NCBI GenBank assembly: GCA_963588055.1
Contig: CAVAGB010000002.1
Location: forward strand, 66,527-130,526
DNA length: 64,000 nt
Source: Erysipelotrichaceae bacterium
GTDB lineage: Bacteria > Bacillota_I > Bacilli_A > RFN20 > CAG-826
Direction: 5' to 3'
Part shown: one piece after another, positions 53,968 through 61,589 of the stretch
How positions within the stretch are numbered: the stretch's first letter is position 1
Layout of the letters: each line of letters starts with the position of its first letter
Made by a program: the position numbers and the translations under genes
Notes under the pieces: generated by a model
Told to the model about the DNA's origin: nothing
Database searches by the model: none
What the model saw: only the letters and a program-made list of their open reading frames with translations

Positions 53968-54333
53968 CTATTTGATGTTGCTCGGATCAATACCTACCTT
54001 CCATAGCGCTTTCTCAAGCTTGTCGATGCGGTTGATGTACTCAAGGTTGCTGGCGTTGACGCTCGAAGAGTCCTTCACCCCGGCAAGGCGGCTGGTCATC
54101 CTCGCGTTCTCAACCGTGAGCTGGCTGTTGCTTTCCTTCGCCTTGCGGAGCTGGCTTTCCAAGTCGACGATGTAGGCCTTGCTTTCGCGGAAGTAGCTCT
54201 CGAAGGCTCGATAATCGTTCATGACCCTATCAAGGAAGGTGTCGACCTCATCGGGATCGTATCCTTTCACGTTCGGCGTGAACTTCTCGCGGAGGATGTC
54301 GTCCGCGTTGAGGAATATCGTTTTGTCTTCCAT
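53968..54333 (-). CDS. gpsB: GpsB/DivIVA-domain cell-cycle protein
   Basis: ADDILREKFTPNVKGYDPDEVDTFLDRVMNDY is the DivIVA/GpsB N-domain. The ATG at 54333 has an AAGGAG SD. Confidence 0.75.
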   Translation of the reverse strand: MEDKTIFLNADDILREKFTPNVKGYDPDEVDTFLDRVMNDYRAFESYFRESKAYIVDLESQLRKAKESNSQLTVENARMTSRLAGVKDSSSVNASNLEYINRIDKLEKALWKVGIDPSNIK

Positions 54334-54349
54334 GCCTCGCTCCTTTTGA

Positions 54350-54378
54350 ATTATATTCAAATCGTCCCGCCCTATCAA
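54350..54378 (-). promoter_or_regulatory. gpsB promoter
   Basis: On the minus strand: TTGATA, a 17-nt spacer, then TATAAT. The -10 lies inside the inverted repeat TTGAATtatATTCAA. Confidence 0.55.
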
Positions 54379-54393
54379 CGAAAGCGATGAAAT

Positions 54394-55164
54394 TTGCTCC
54401 CTACAAAAGCGGGTCTTTGGGAAGCTATAATTCTTGACGTGAAAGCCCTGAAGAAAAAGCTAAGAGATTGTAAGACACTGGTCTTCATGGATTTGGAAGG
54501 AACCCAGATCAGCCACGAGGCAATCGAAATCGGCGCTTGGAAGGTCTATTTGAAGGACGATTTGACGGTCAAGAAGATCTCAAAGCCTTTCAAATGCTAC
54601 ATCCTGCCCAAGCACAATGTGGGCCCAGTCGTCACCGAGATGACCGGCATCACGGATAAGATGCTTCAAGAAGAGGGGGTCTCTTTTCGCCTCGCCCAAC
54701 AAGGGTTCCGCAAATACGTCGGCGGGGACTGGTTCCACAGCATGTTCCTCGCATATGGGAGCCAAGACATCGTGATGTTCAAAAGCTCCGCGGAGAACAA
54801 CCCCGACGCCTTCACCGAGGACGTAAGTTTCATCTCGCACCATTACCTGGATTTCGCGAGCTTTCTTTCCTCTTACGTCAAAGACGACAAAGGCAACGTC
54901 CTTTCTTTGCAGCATGCCTGTGAATTGCTACGCGCCCCGATGGTGGGCAAGAACCATGATGCGCTAAGCGATGCGAGGAACCTCGTTTCACTTTACAGCG
55001 CCTTCTTAGAGCAAAAAGAGCTGATTCAAGAGCGTTATCTGAAGATCCTCTCCAACGGTGGAACGATGAGCGCCGCCTTAAGAAGGGCCGCTCTAGCCTT
55101 ATCCAACGGGAAGGACGTCACCGCCCAAGATTTCCAGCAATGGGTGAAGGAGGAGTTGTCATGA
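54394..55164 (+). CDS. DEDD (DnaQ-like) 3'-5' exonuclease domain protein
   Basis: LVFMDLEGTQ (Exo I), GSQD (Exo II-like) and HDALSDARN (Exo III H-x4-D). The start is uncertain (TTG 54394 or GTG 54439). Confidence 0.65.
   Translation: MLPTKAGLWEAIILDVKALKKKLRDCKTLVFMDLEGTQISHEAIEIGAWKVYLKDDLTVKKISKPFKCYILPKHNVGPVVTEMTGITDKMLQEEGVSFRLAQQGFRKYVGGDWFHSMFLAYGSQDIVMFKSSAENNPDAFTEDVSFISHHYLDFASFLSSYVKDDKGNVLSLQHACELLRAPMVGKNHDALSDARNLVSLYSAFLEQKELIQERYLKILSNGGTMSAALRRAALALSNGKDVTAQDFQQWVKEELS
54426..54431 (+). promoter_or_regulatory. -10 hexamer TATAAT, 7 nt upstream of in-frame GTG 54439
   Basis: gcTATAATtcttgacGTGaaa. Confidence 0.3.
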
Positions 55165-55757
55165 ACTATCCTTCCGGCGTCAAACCCTTTGGGCTCAAAA
55201 ACTCCGCAAAATCCCAACCAAAATACAAAAAAGCCCCCGTTCTAGCAGGAAATAGAGGGATGAGCTTTGAGGCGGATATCAACGAATCGAACGATTATTA
55301 TCGCGAGAAGGGGCTTTGCCTGATCACCAAGCGCCCCACCCCGATCAACGTCGTCAAAGTCGACTATTCGCATGGGGCGACCATCACCCAGGCCTATTTC
55401 GAAACCCAATCCACCACCGACTACAACGGTGTCTGCGAAGGGCGCTACATCGATTTCGAAGCGAAAAGCACGCGCAGCAAAACCTCCTTTCCCCTCGCAA
55501 ACATCCCGCCTCAGCAGATCGACCATCTGAAGAGGGTGCTTAGGCAAGGAGGCATCGCCTTCTTTCTCATCCACTTCGAATTGCTTGGGAAGACTTTCCT
55601 CGTCCCGGCCGAGAAAGTGATCGGCTTCTACGAAGAGAGGCCCAGAGCCTCGATGACGCTCTCTTTCATCGAGGAGAACGGGCGCCTAATCAAAGAAACC
55701 TTCTCTCCTCGTTACGACTATTTGCCCGTTTTGAAAGAACTGTTTTTCAAGAAATAA
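55161..55757 (+). CDS. recU: Holliday junction resolvase RecU
   Basis: GMSFEADINESNDYY...TDYNGV..GRYIDFEAKST...Q..HL motifs. GAAGGAGGAG SD upstream. The ATGA start overlaps the exonuclease stop. Confidence 0.88.
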   Translation: MNYPSGVKPFGLKNSAKSQPKYKKAPVLAGNRGMSFEADINESNDYYREKGLCLITKRPTPINVVKVDYSHGATITQAYFETQSTTDYNGVCEGRYIDFEAKSTRSKTSFPLANIPPQQIDHLKRVLRQGGIAFFLIHFELLGKTFLVPAEKVIGFYEERPRASMTLSFIEENGRLIKETFSPRYDYLPVLKELFFKK

Positions 55758-56371
55758 GGGCAAACTTCCCTCAAGAAGCAGCGATTGCACTCCGGGTTTC
55801 TCGCGTGGCAGATATCCCTTCCAAAGGAAATGAAGCAATGATGGAGCTTGCTTTGTTCATCTGGTGGAAAGGTCTTTTCAAGGACTGCCTCGATTTCCAA
55901 AGGGCTCTTCGCCCGCTTCGCTAGGCCAAGGCGCGAAGCCACCCTCTCGACATGGGTATCCACCGGGAAAGAGGGCTCGCCGAAAGCCTCCATCAAAACC
56001 ACGCGGGCGGTTTTGTTGCCAACCCCAGGCAAAGAGACAAGCGTCTTATAATCGCTAGGAACCTCGCCATTGAAGTTATTTACGAGGAAAAGAGCTAGGT
56101 TTTGCAGGTTTTTGGCTTTGTTTTGATACAAGCCTAAAGGATGGATGATCTTTTCAATATCCCCACTACCCGCCCGAGATAAGGCGCATAGATCAGGGTA
56201 TTTCTTGAATAGCTCAGGCGTGACCTTGTTGACTTTCTCGTCGGTGCACTGGGCGCTGAGCAGCACGGCGACCAAACACTGATAAGGCGAAGAGAAAGCC
56301 AACGAGCATTTTGCGTCTGGGTAATGTGCGATCAATGAGGAGGAGATGAAGGGGGCTTTATTTGTCTTCAT
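55718..56371 (-). CDS. nth: endonuclease III
   Basis: LLSAQCTDEKVN, the HhH-GPD motif LPGVGNKTARVV, VDTHV and the 4Fe-4S motif C-x6-C-x2-C-x5-C (CHARNPECNRCFLREVC). The start is at MKTNKAP (56371). Confidence 0.9.
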   Translation of the reverse strand: MKTNKAPFISSSLIAHYPDAKCSLAFSSPYQCLVAVLLSAQCTDEKVNKVTPELFKKYPDLCALSRAGSGDIEKIIHPLGLYQNKAKNLQNLALFLVNNFNGEVPSDYKTLVSLPGVGNKTARVVLMEAFGEPSFPVDTHVERVASRLGLAKRAKSPLEIEAVLEKTFPPDEQSKLHHCFISFGRDICHARNPECNRCFLREVCPYFLKNSSFKTGK

Positions 56372-57023
56372 CGTCTTTCCATTTTTGTTTGGCAAGTTCA
56401 ATCGTGCGTTCAATGTCTTTATCCCAATAGTCGGAGACGCCGGTATAGCCTTCTTTGGCGATGTCATCGGCCACGCGGCGCGTGCGCAGCTCCTTGTCGA
56501 CCGACTTGATGGTCTTCTTGCCTTTGGCGATGGCGTTTTCCAGGGCGTCTTTGATGGCTTCCTCGCTGTAGGCGTCATCAAGCCAAGTGTCGATCATGTC
56601 GCTTTCTAACGGCGAAAGCGTGCGGTTGAGCCTCTTCTCGAAATATGCGTAAAGCCTGGCAAGCCTCTCGCTTTTCTCCGCGGAGTTGAGGCTCGCTTTC
56701 GCTCTGGATATGTCAGCCTGGAAAAGTGAATAGAGCTTCTTCTTCAGTGGCTCGAGGCTTGTCCTCATCTTCCCCTCTATCGTCTCATAGGAGAGATAGC
56801 CCTCCTTCATGAGGGAGGCCAGAAGCTCATCGCACTTGCTCGTCTTGAGGTTCATCTTGAGCGAAAGCAAGTCGCCCGTGATGAAATAGTTGCCCCCGCG
56901 GAGAAGATGATCGACCATCAGCAAGGTGACGACTTTCTCCTCAGGGATATTGAGGCGTTTGTAGTTTTCAAGGAGGAGGTAGCGGAAGTCGACCGCGTCC
57001 ATGGATACGTTGCTCGGATACAT
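56358..57023 (-). CDS. dnaD: DnaD-domain replication initiation / primosome protein
   Basis: A winged-helix N-domain plus the C-terminal DnaD repeat (YFEKRLNRTLSPLESDMIDTWLDD.YSEEAIKDAL). Confidence 0.75.
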   Translation of the reverse strand: MYPSNVSMDAVDFRYLLLENYKRLNIPEEKVVTLLMVDHLLRGGNYFITGDLLSLKMNLKTSKCDELLASLMKEGYLSYETIEGKMRTSLEPLKKKLYSLFQADISRAKASLNSAEKSERLARLYAYFEKRLNRTLSPLESDMIDTWLDDAYSEEAIKDALENAIAKGKKTIKSVDKELRTRRVADDIAKEGYTGVSDYWDKDIERTIELAKQKWKDDEDK

Positions 57024-57035
57024 AGCTTTTCTATT

Positions 57036-57638
57036 CTAACCCTTTTTCTCCTCACTCTTCACCTTCTCCGGGTTCAGTTTTTCAAGAAGAAAACGATTCT
57101 CATCCATCGCCTTTTTGCTAAGCGGATCTATTTGAAAGCCCAAGCGCCTAGCAAAGCGCTCCGCACGCAGGATGCGGAGGGGGTCTTCCCTGATCCTCTT
57201 AACGGGGTCGCCGATGAAACGGATCGTCTTGTTCTTCAAATCGGCCAGCCCGTCATGGAAATCAAGCACTTTCCCCTGCTCATCCAAATACAAGGCGTTG
57301 ATCGTGAAATCCCTCCGAACGCTGTCCTTTTCAGGAGAAGAGAGGAAACGGATGTAGGAAGGGTGGCGGAAATCAAGATAATCGCCCTCTTCCCGGAAGG
57401 TGGTTATATCGATCTCGACGCCATTCGATTTGGTTTTGATGGAGCCGAACTTCGCGAAGGAGAGATCGGCACCGGGGATGAACGCGAGACTTTCTTCCGG
57501 GGTGGCGTCGGTTACGAAATCGAAATCGCTGGGCGTTATGCCAAGCAGCGCGTCGCGGCTAGTGCCCCCAATCGCATAGAGAAGATGCCCATGTTCTTTG
57601 TATAAACGCGCATAGGAGGTGAGCAAGGGCAAATCCAT
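57036..57638 (-). CDS. cca: class II nucleotidyltransferase head/neck domain (truncated CCA-adding-enzyme-like), 200 aa
   Basis: YAIGGTSRDALLG...DFDFVT (GG/DxD), RRDFTINAL and EDPLRILRAERFA motifs. The ORF ends about 12 nt before dnaD, so no body or tail domain is encoded. Confidence 0.7.
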   Translation of the reverse strand: MDLPLLTSYARLYKEHGHLLYAIGGTSRDALLGITPSDFDFVTDATPEESLAFIPGADLSFAKFGSIKTKSNGVEIDITTFREEGDYLDFRHPSYIRFLSSPEKDSVRRDFTINALYLDEQGKVLDFHDGLADLKNKTIRFIGDPVKRIREDPLRILRAERFARRLGFQIDPLSKKAMDENRFLLEKLNPEKVKSEEKKG

Positions 57639-57654
57639 GAGGCTATGGTAGCAC

Positions 57655-57678
57655 AGAAAAACGCCCCCGAAGGGGCGC
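57655..57678 (-). terminator. intrinsic terminator after hup
   Basis: The minus strand reads CGCCCCttcgGGGGCG followed by TTTTTC. Confidence 0.7.
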
Positions 57679-57697
57679 TTGGTTCCAGCAAAGACGA

Positions 57698-57970
57698 TTA
57701 CTGAAGCTTTTCTTTGAGGGTCTTCGAGGGTTTGAAGACGATGGTCTCACGGGCAGGGATATTGATCTTGCTGCCATCGGTGGGGTTGGTGCCGGTGCGG
57801 GCGGCGCGGGTCTTCTTGTCGAAGTTGCCGAAGCCGGAGAGCTTCACGGTTTCGCCGGCGATGAGCTTGGCGACGATGATGTCGATGGCGCCTTCAACGA
57901 CGGCCTCGGCATCGCGGCGGGAGACTTCCGCTTTTTCGGCAACGGCTAAGACGAGATCAGCTTTGTTCAT
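57698..57970 (-). CDS. hup: DNA-binding protein HU
   Basis: MNKADLV...GFGNF..K.RAARTGTNP.T...I.IPA. An AGGAGG SD lies upstream. Confidence 0.95.
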   Translation of the reverse strand: MNKADLVLAVAEKAEVSRRDAEAVVEGAIDIIVAKLIAGETVKLSGFGNFDKKTRAARTGTNPTDGSKINIPARETIVFKPSKTLKEKLQ

Positions 57971-58136
57971 TTGGTGTTTCCTCCTAATGCTTAATCTTGA
58001 CCATAAGTTAACACGTCATCGAATGTTTTGCAAAACTTTTTTTATTTTTGAATGACACTTAGCGTCATTCTAACGGCGATTTTCGCACGGCATTTTTAGC
58101 CGTTTTTTATACATTGTCTAAGTTTTTCGAGAATCC

Positions 58137-58152
58137 TTAACATATATGTTAA
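58137..58152. repeat. perfect 16-bp palindrome TTAACATATATGTTAA
   Basis: Read directly. It lies in the AT-rich 205-bp gap between the der stop and the hup start. Confidence 0.8.
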
Positions 58153-58175
58153 AGGTTCAAAATATGTAAGCCCTT

Positions 58176-59486
58176 TCATTTTCTCATGCGATAGAGAATC
58201 GAGATCGGGGTGCCTGAAAAATCAAATGAATCTCTTAGGCGATTTTCCAGATATCTGGTGTAAGAGAAGTGCGCGAAAGAGGGATTGTTACAGAACATTA
58301 CGAAGGTCGGAGGATTCACGGCAACCTGATTGGAGAAGAGTATTTTGAGGCGCCCATGATTGAATTCCGGGGTCGGGTTCATCATCTGGGCGTCCTGCAC
58401 GATCTCATTGAGGACGGATGTCGGGATGCGGCGGTTGCAGCCTTCGTAAGCTTTCTCGATGGCTGGGAGGATCTTTTCGATTCCCTTGCCGGTCTTAGCG
58501 GAGACGAAGATGATCTCTGCGAAGTCGAGGAACTTGAAACGGGATTTGATCTCCTGTTCGAAAGTCCCTTGCTCCATCCCTTTCGGGGCGAGATCCCATT
58601 TGTTAACGACGAGGACGATGCCTTTCTTCGCCTCAAGCGCATAGCCGGAGACGTGCCTGTCTTGGTCCAGGATGCCGGTGGAGGCATCGATGACCACGAC
58701 GGCGACCTGGCTTCTATCGATTGCAGAAAGGGAGCGGATGGCGGCGTACTTGTCGATGGCCTCGAAGATACGCCCTCTTTTGTTGAGCCCAGCCGTATCG
58801 ATGGCGACGTAGTTCTTGCCTTCGCTTGTGAAGGGAGTGTCAATCGAATCCCTGGTCGTGCCAGCAATGTCGCTGACAATGACCCTTTCTTGCCCAAGCA
58901 AAGCGTTCGTGATGGACGATTTGCCGACGTTTGGACGCCCGATGAGACTGAAGGCGATGGCGGAGCCGTAATCGACGTCTTCCTTCTCAGGGATATCGGC
59001 GATGATCTTGTCGAGCATATCGCCCACGCCGATTCCGTGGACGCCGGAAACCGGAATGGGATCCCCTAAACCGAGGGAATAGAATTCTTGGGCATCGCTT
59101 AAGCGATCGGCGTTGTCGATTTTATTCACGGCAAGGATGACGGGCTTCCCAGACTTGTAAAGCATCTTGGCGACGACCCGATCGTCGTTAGTCACGCCCA
59201 ATCTTCCATCGACAACGAAAACGATGACGTCGGCTTCGTCGATGGCAATTTGGGCTTGGGCCCTGATCTGAATTTGAAAGGGACGATTGGCAATTTCCAC
59301 CCCGCCCGTATCCACGATGCGGAATTTGCGGGTCAGCCATTCGCCCGTCCCGTAAAGGCGGTCGCGCGTCACGCCTGGAGTGTCCTCAACGATGGAAAGG
59401 CGCTCTCCGACGATGCGGTTGAAGAGGGTCGATTTGCCGACGTTCGGCGCCCCTACGAGGGCAATAAGAGGCAGGCTCATGGTCAC
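58176..59486 (-). CDS. der: ribosome biogenesis GTPase Der (EngA)
   Basis: Two G domains ([12 protein letters not shown] and GRPNVGKSSITN) plus a KH-like C-terminal domain. Confidence 0.95.
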   Translation of the reverse strand: MTMSLPLIALVGAPNVGKSTLFNRIVGERLSIVEDTPGVTRDRLYGTGEWLTRKFRIVDTGGVEIANRPFQIQIRAQAQIAIDEADVIVFVVDGRLGVTNDDRVVAKMLYKSGKPVILAVNKIDNADRLSDAQEFYSLGLGDPIPVSGVHGIGVGDMLDKIIADIPEKEDVDYGSAIAFSLIGRPNVGKSSITNALLGQERVIVSDIAGTTRDSIDTPFTSEGKNYVAIDTAGLNKRGRIFEAIDKYAAIRSLSAIDRSQVAVVVIDASTGILDQDRHVSGYALEAKKGIVLVVNKWDLAPKGMEQGTFEQEIKSRFKFLDFAEIIFVSAKTGKGIEKILPAIEKAYEGCNRRIPTSVLNEIVQDAQMMNPTPEFNHGRLKILFSNQVAVNPPTFVMFCNNPSFAHFSYTRYLENRLRDSFDFSGTPISILYRMRK

Positions 59487-60145
59487 GCCCCCAATTTCTC
59501 TTTCGCGATGGAAAGGATGGCCTCGACCACTTCGTCGATGCTCATCGCGGAGGTATCAAGCTCCACGGCGTCCTTGTCTTTCATAAGGGGGTCGAAATCA
59601 CGATGGGAATCGATGTAGTCCCTCTGCCTGACGTTGGCCTCTACCTCCGCTAGGGAGGTCTTGATGCCCTTCGAGAGATTCTCATCGTAACGCCTCTTGG
59701 CGCGCGTCTCAACGGAGGCGATTTGGAATATCTTCACTTGGGCATCGGGCAAGACGTAGCTGCCGATGTCCCTGCCGTCCATCACGACGTTTTGCTTCGC
59801 GGCGAGCTCCCTCTGCAGTTTGATCAGCTCAAGCCTGATGGCTTTGTAAGAGGCGATGTAAGAGACGTTGCTGGAGACCTCGTTCTCACGAATAGGCTTG
59901 GAAACATCCTCCCCATTGCAGAATACCCGGCCATCTTCAGTCAGCTCGATGTCTACCTTGCCAATCAAGGAGCAAGAGGCTTCCTCGTCTTTAGGGTCTA
60001 AGCCGGCCTTGATGACGGCGTAGGTGAAAGCGCGGTACATAGCGCCAGTATCGATATAGACGTATCCCAAACGCTTGGCGACGATTTTGGCGACGGTGCT
60101 TTTGCCCGCGGCCGCGGGCCCATCGATGGCAATTGAAATGAACAT
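59483..60145 (-). CDS. cmk: cytidylate kinase
   Basis: The start is at MFISIAIDGPAAAGKSTVAK (60145, GAGGAAAGG SD). IDTGAMYRA motif. The stop overlaps the der start. Confidence 0.9.
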   Translation of the reverse strand: MFISIAIDGPAAAGKSTVAKIVAKRLGYVYIDTGAMYRAFTYAVIKAGLDPKDEEASCSLIGKVDIELTEDGRVFCNGEDVSKPIRENEVSSNVSYIASYKAIRLELIKLQRELAAKQNVVMDGRDIGSYVLPDAQVKIFQIASVETRAKRRYDENLSKGIKTSLAEVEANVRQRDYIDSHRDFDPLMKDKDAVELDTSAMSIDEVVEAILSIAKEKLGA

Positions 60146-60147
60146 GT

Positions 60148-60408
60148 TCAACCTTTCCTCCCCTGGAGCAAGAAAAACCAGACAATGAACCCAACGACGC
60201 AAAGAAGGAATAGGCCAAGAAGGATCAAAGTTCTTTTTCTCAGACGCTTCGCATAGAGGTAGTAAGGGCTGTTTTTCCCAGAAGGGTCCGAATCAAGTTC
60301 GGGCTGTTCCGGAAAAGAGGGAGTCTTCTTCGCTTGGGGGAAAGATTCATCCGCCATGTTGCGGATCTCATCCCGGTATTTGCGATATCTCTCCATGCGC
60401 GTTTCCAT
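60148..60408 (-). CDS. small C-terminally anchored membrane protein
   Basis: 86 aa counted from METRMERYRKY, with a single C-terminal TM helix (LILLGLFLLCVVGFIVWFFLL). The start was chosen for its promoter geometry. 60447 and 60396 remain possible. Confidence 0.5.
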   Translation of the reverse strand: METRMERYRKYRDEIRNMADESFPQAKKTPSFPEQPELDSDPSGKNSPYYLYAKRLRKRTLILLGLFLLCVVGFIVWFFLLQGRKG

Positions 60409-60415
60409 TGGGGTT

Positions 60416-60444
60416 ATTCTAAAAGAATAGATTCCTTTTTTGAA
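60416..60444 (-). promoter_or_regulatory. promoter with -10 7 nt upstream of ATG 60408 (leaderless candidate)
   Basis: On the minus strand: TTCAAA, a 17-nt spacer, TAGAAT, then aaccccaATG. No SD. Confidence 0.4.
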
Positions 60445-60473
60445 CACGGAAGAAGGGCGTTTTTGACGACGTG

Positions 60474-60502
60474 TTGCCTTTCTTGAAACTGCCTTTTATA
60501 AT
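60474..60502 (+). promoter_or_regulatory. ferredoxin gene promoter
   Basis: TTGCCT, a 17-nt spacer, then TATAAT. GGAGG SD at 60516-60520. Confidence 0.5.
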
Positions 60503-60529
60503 TGCAAGCGATTTTTGGAGGAAATCAAA

Positions 60530-60715
60530 ATGGCTAATAAGAAAGCAAAAGTCGATCAGGACACCTGCATCGGCTGCGGCCTCTGCGTCGGTTGCCACAG
60601 CTCGATCTTCGAGTTCAATGACGACGGCAAGGCCTCGGTCATCGCCGATGGCGACGAGAGCGAAATTGACGACGCCATCGCCAACTGCCCTGTCCAAGCG
60701 ATCAGCGAGGAATAA
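60530..60715 (+). CDS. small [4Fe-4S] ferredoxin
   Basis: 61 aa containing CIGCGLCVGC...CP in a mono-cluster ferredoxin pattern. Confidence 0.85.
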   Translation: MANKKAKVDQDTCIGCGLCVGCHSSIFEFNDDGKASVIADGDESEIDDAIANCPVQAISEE

Positions 60716-60731
60716 GAAAAATCCTCAAAAG

Positions 60732-60764
60732 CCAGCAAGCCCGCCTTGCTGGTTTTTATTTTCT
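60732..60764. terminator. bidirectional terminator (ferredoxin on + / parB on -)
   Basis: CCAGCAAG cccgc CTTGCTGG followed by TTTTTATTTT, with AAAAG upstream. Confidence 0.7.
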
Positions 60765-61589
60765 TCTAAAACCCCGCAAAAACGCGCTCTTTCCTTCTTC
60801 TGAAGCAAAATTAAGCTTTACTGATTTGCCTGAGATCTTAAGGGATTTCAGATTCGGAATGTCGTAAATGCACGCTTCCTCAACGGGGTTTGTGCCTGCT
60901 TTTTTGTTTGAGACGAAGCGTTCCGTCTCGCGGACGGAAAGTTTGCGTTCATGAATCACTTTCGCCGTTTGCGCCATCTCTTCTGGGCTTAGCGAGGCGA
61001 TGGCTTTTGCATGCCCATAACTCAGTTTCCCTAGGCTCACTTCCTCCTGGAGCTCAGGGCTCAGGCGCAGCAAACGAAGGGTGTTCGTGATCTGGCAGCG
61101 AGACTGATGGGAAAGCGAGGCGAGCATTTGTTGGGTGTACCCAAACCGCTTTTGCAAAGAGGAGCAAATGAGCGCCATTTCTAGGACGTTGCTCTCCCTT
61201 TGGTCGCGGTTATCAGCCAAAAGTATGAGAAGCTCTTCTTCTTCGCTCATCTCCTTGATGACGCAGGGCAAGGAAACTAGGCCAGCTTTTTTGGCCCCGA
61301 GGAACCTTTTGCGCCCGAGGACGACCTCGAACTTCTCCCCGATTGGAGTGACGACGAGAGGATTGAAGACGCCTTTCTCTTTGAGGGTCGAGGAAAAGTA
61401 CTCGATGACGGACTTGGCGATCTTCACGCCGGAGATGAAATGGTTGTCGACGATGGAGGCGATATTTACCAATTTGGCGGGAGCGCTTTGATACTCCTTC
61501 TCCATCTCGGCGATGACGTCGTTTTGGGAGAATTTCTCAATGAGCTCGCTCAGGCTTGCGGAAAGATGCTTCTTCTCATCGCCCTTCAT
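60756..61589 (-). CDS. parB: ParB/Spo0J-like partition protein (divergent N-terminal domain)
   Basis: VLGRKRFLGAKKAG (compare GERRxRA) and an HTH (QQMLASLSHQSRCQITNTLRLL). The start is at MKGDEKK (61589), overlapping the parA stop by 14 nt. Confidence 0.75.
   Translation of the reverse strand: MKGDEKKHLSASLSELIEKFSQNDVIAEMEKEYQSAPAKLVNIASIVDNHFISGVKIAKSVIEYFSSTLKEKGVFNPLVVTPIGEKFEVVLGRKRFLGAKKAGLVSLPCVIKEMSEEEELLILLADNRDQRESNVLEMALICSSLQKRFGYTQQMLASLSHQSRCQITNTLRLLRLSPELQEEVSLGKLSYGHAKAIASLSPEEMAQTAKVIHERKLSVRETERFVSNKKAGTNPVEEACIYDIPNLKSLKISGKSVKLNFASEEGKSAFLRGFRRK

Noticed and set aside
58269-59069. 266-aa ORF antisense to der (similar cases: 15954-16751 in mgtE, 44384-45115, 56907-57605, 61513-62079, 32432-33082)
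   Set aside because: All of these are embedded in well-supported genes on the other strand. They are attributed to codon-bias-driven depletion of stop codons.
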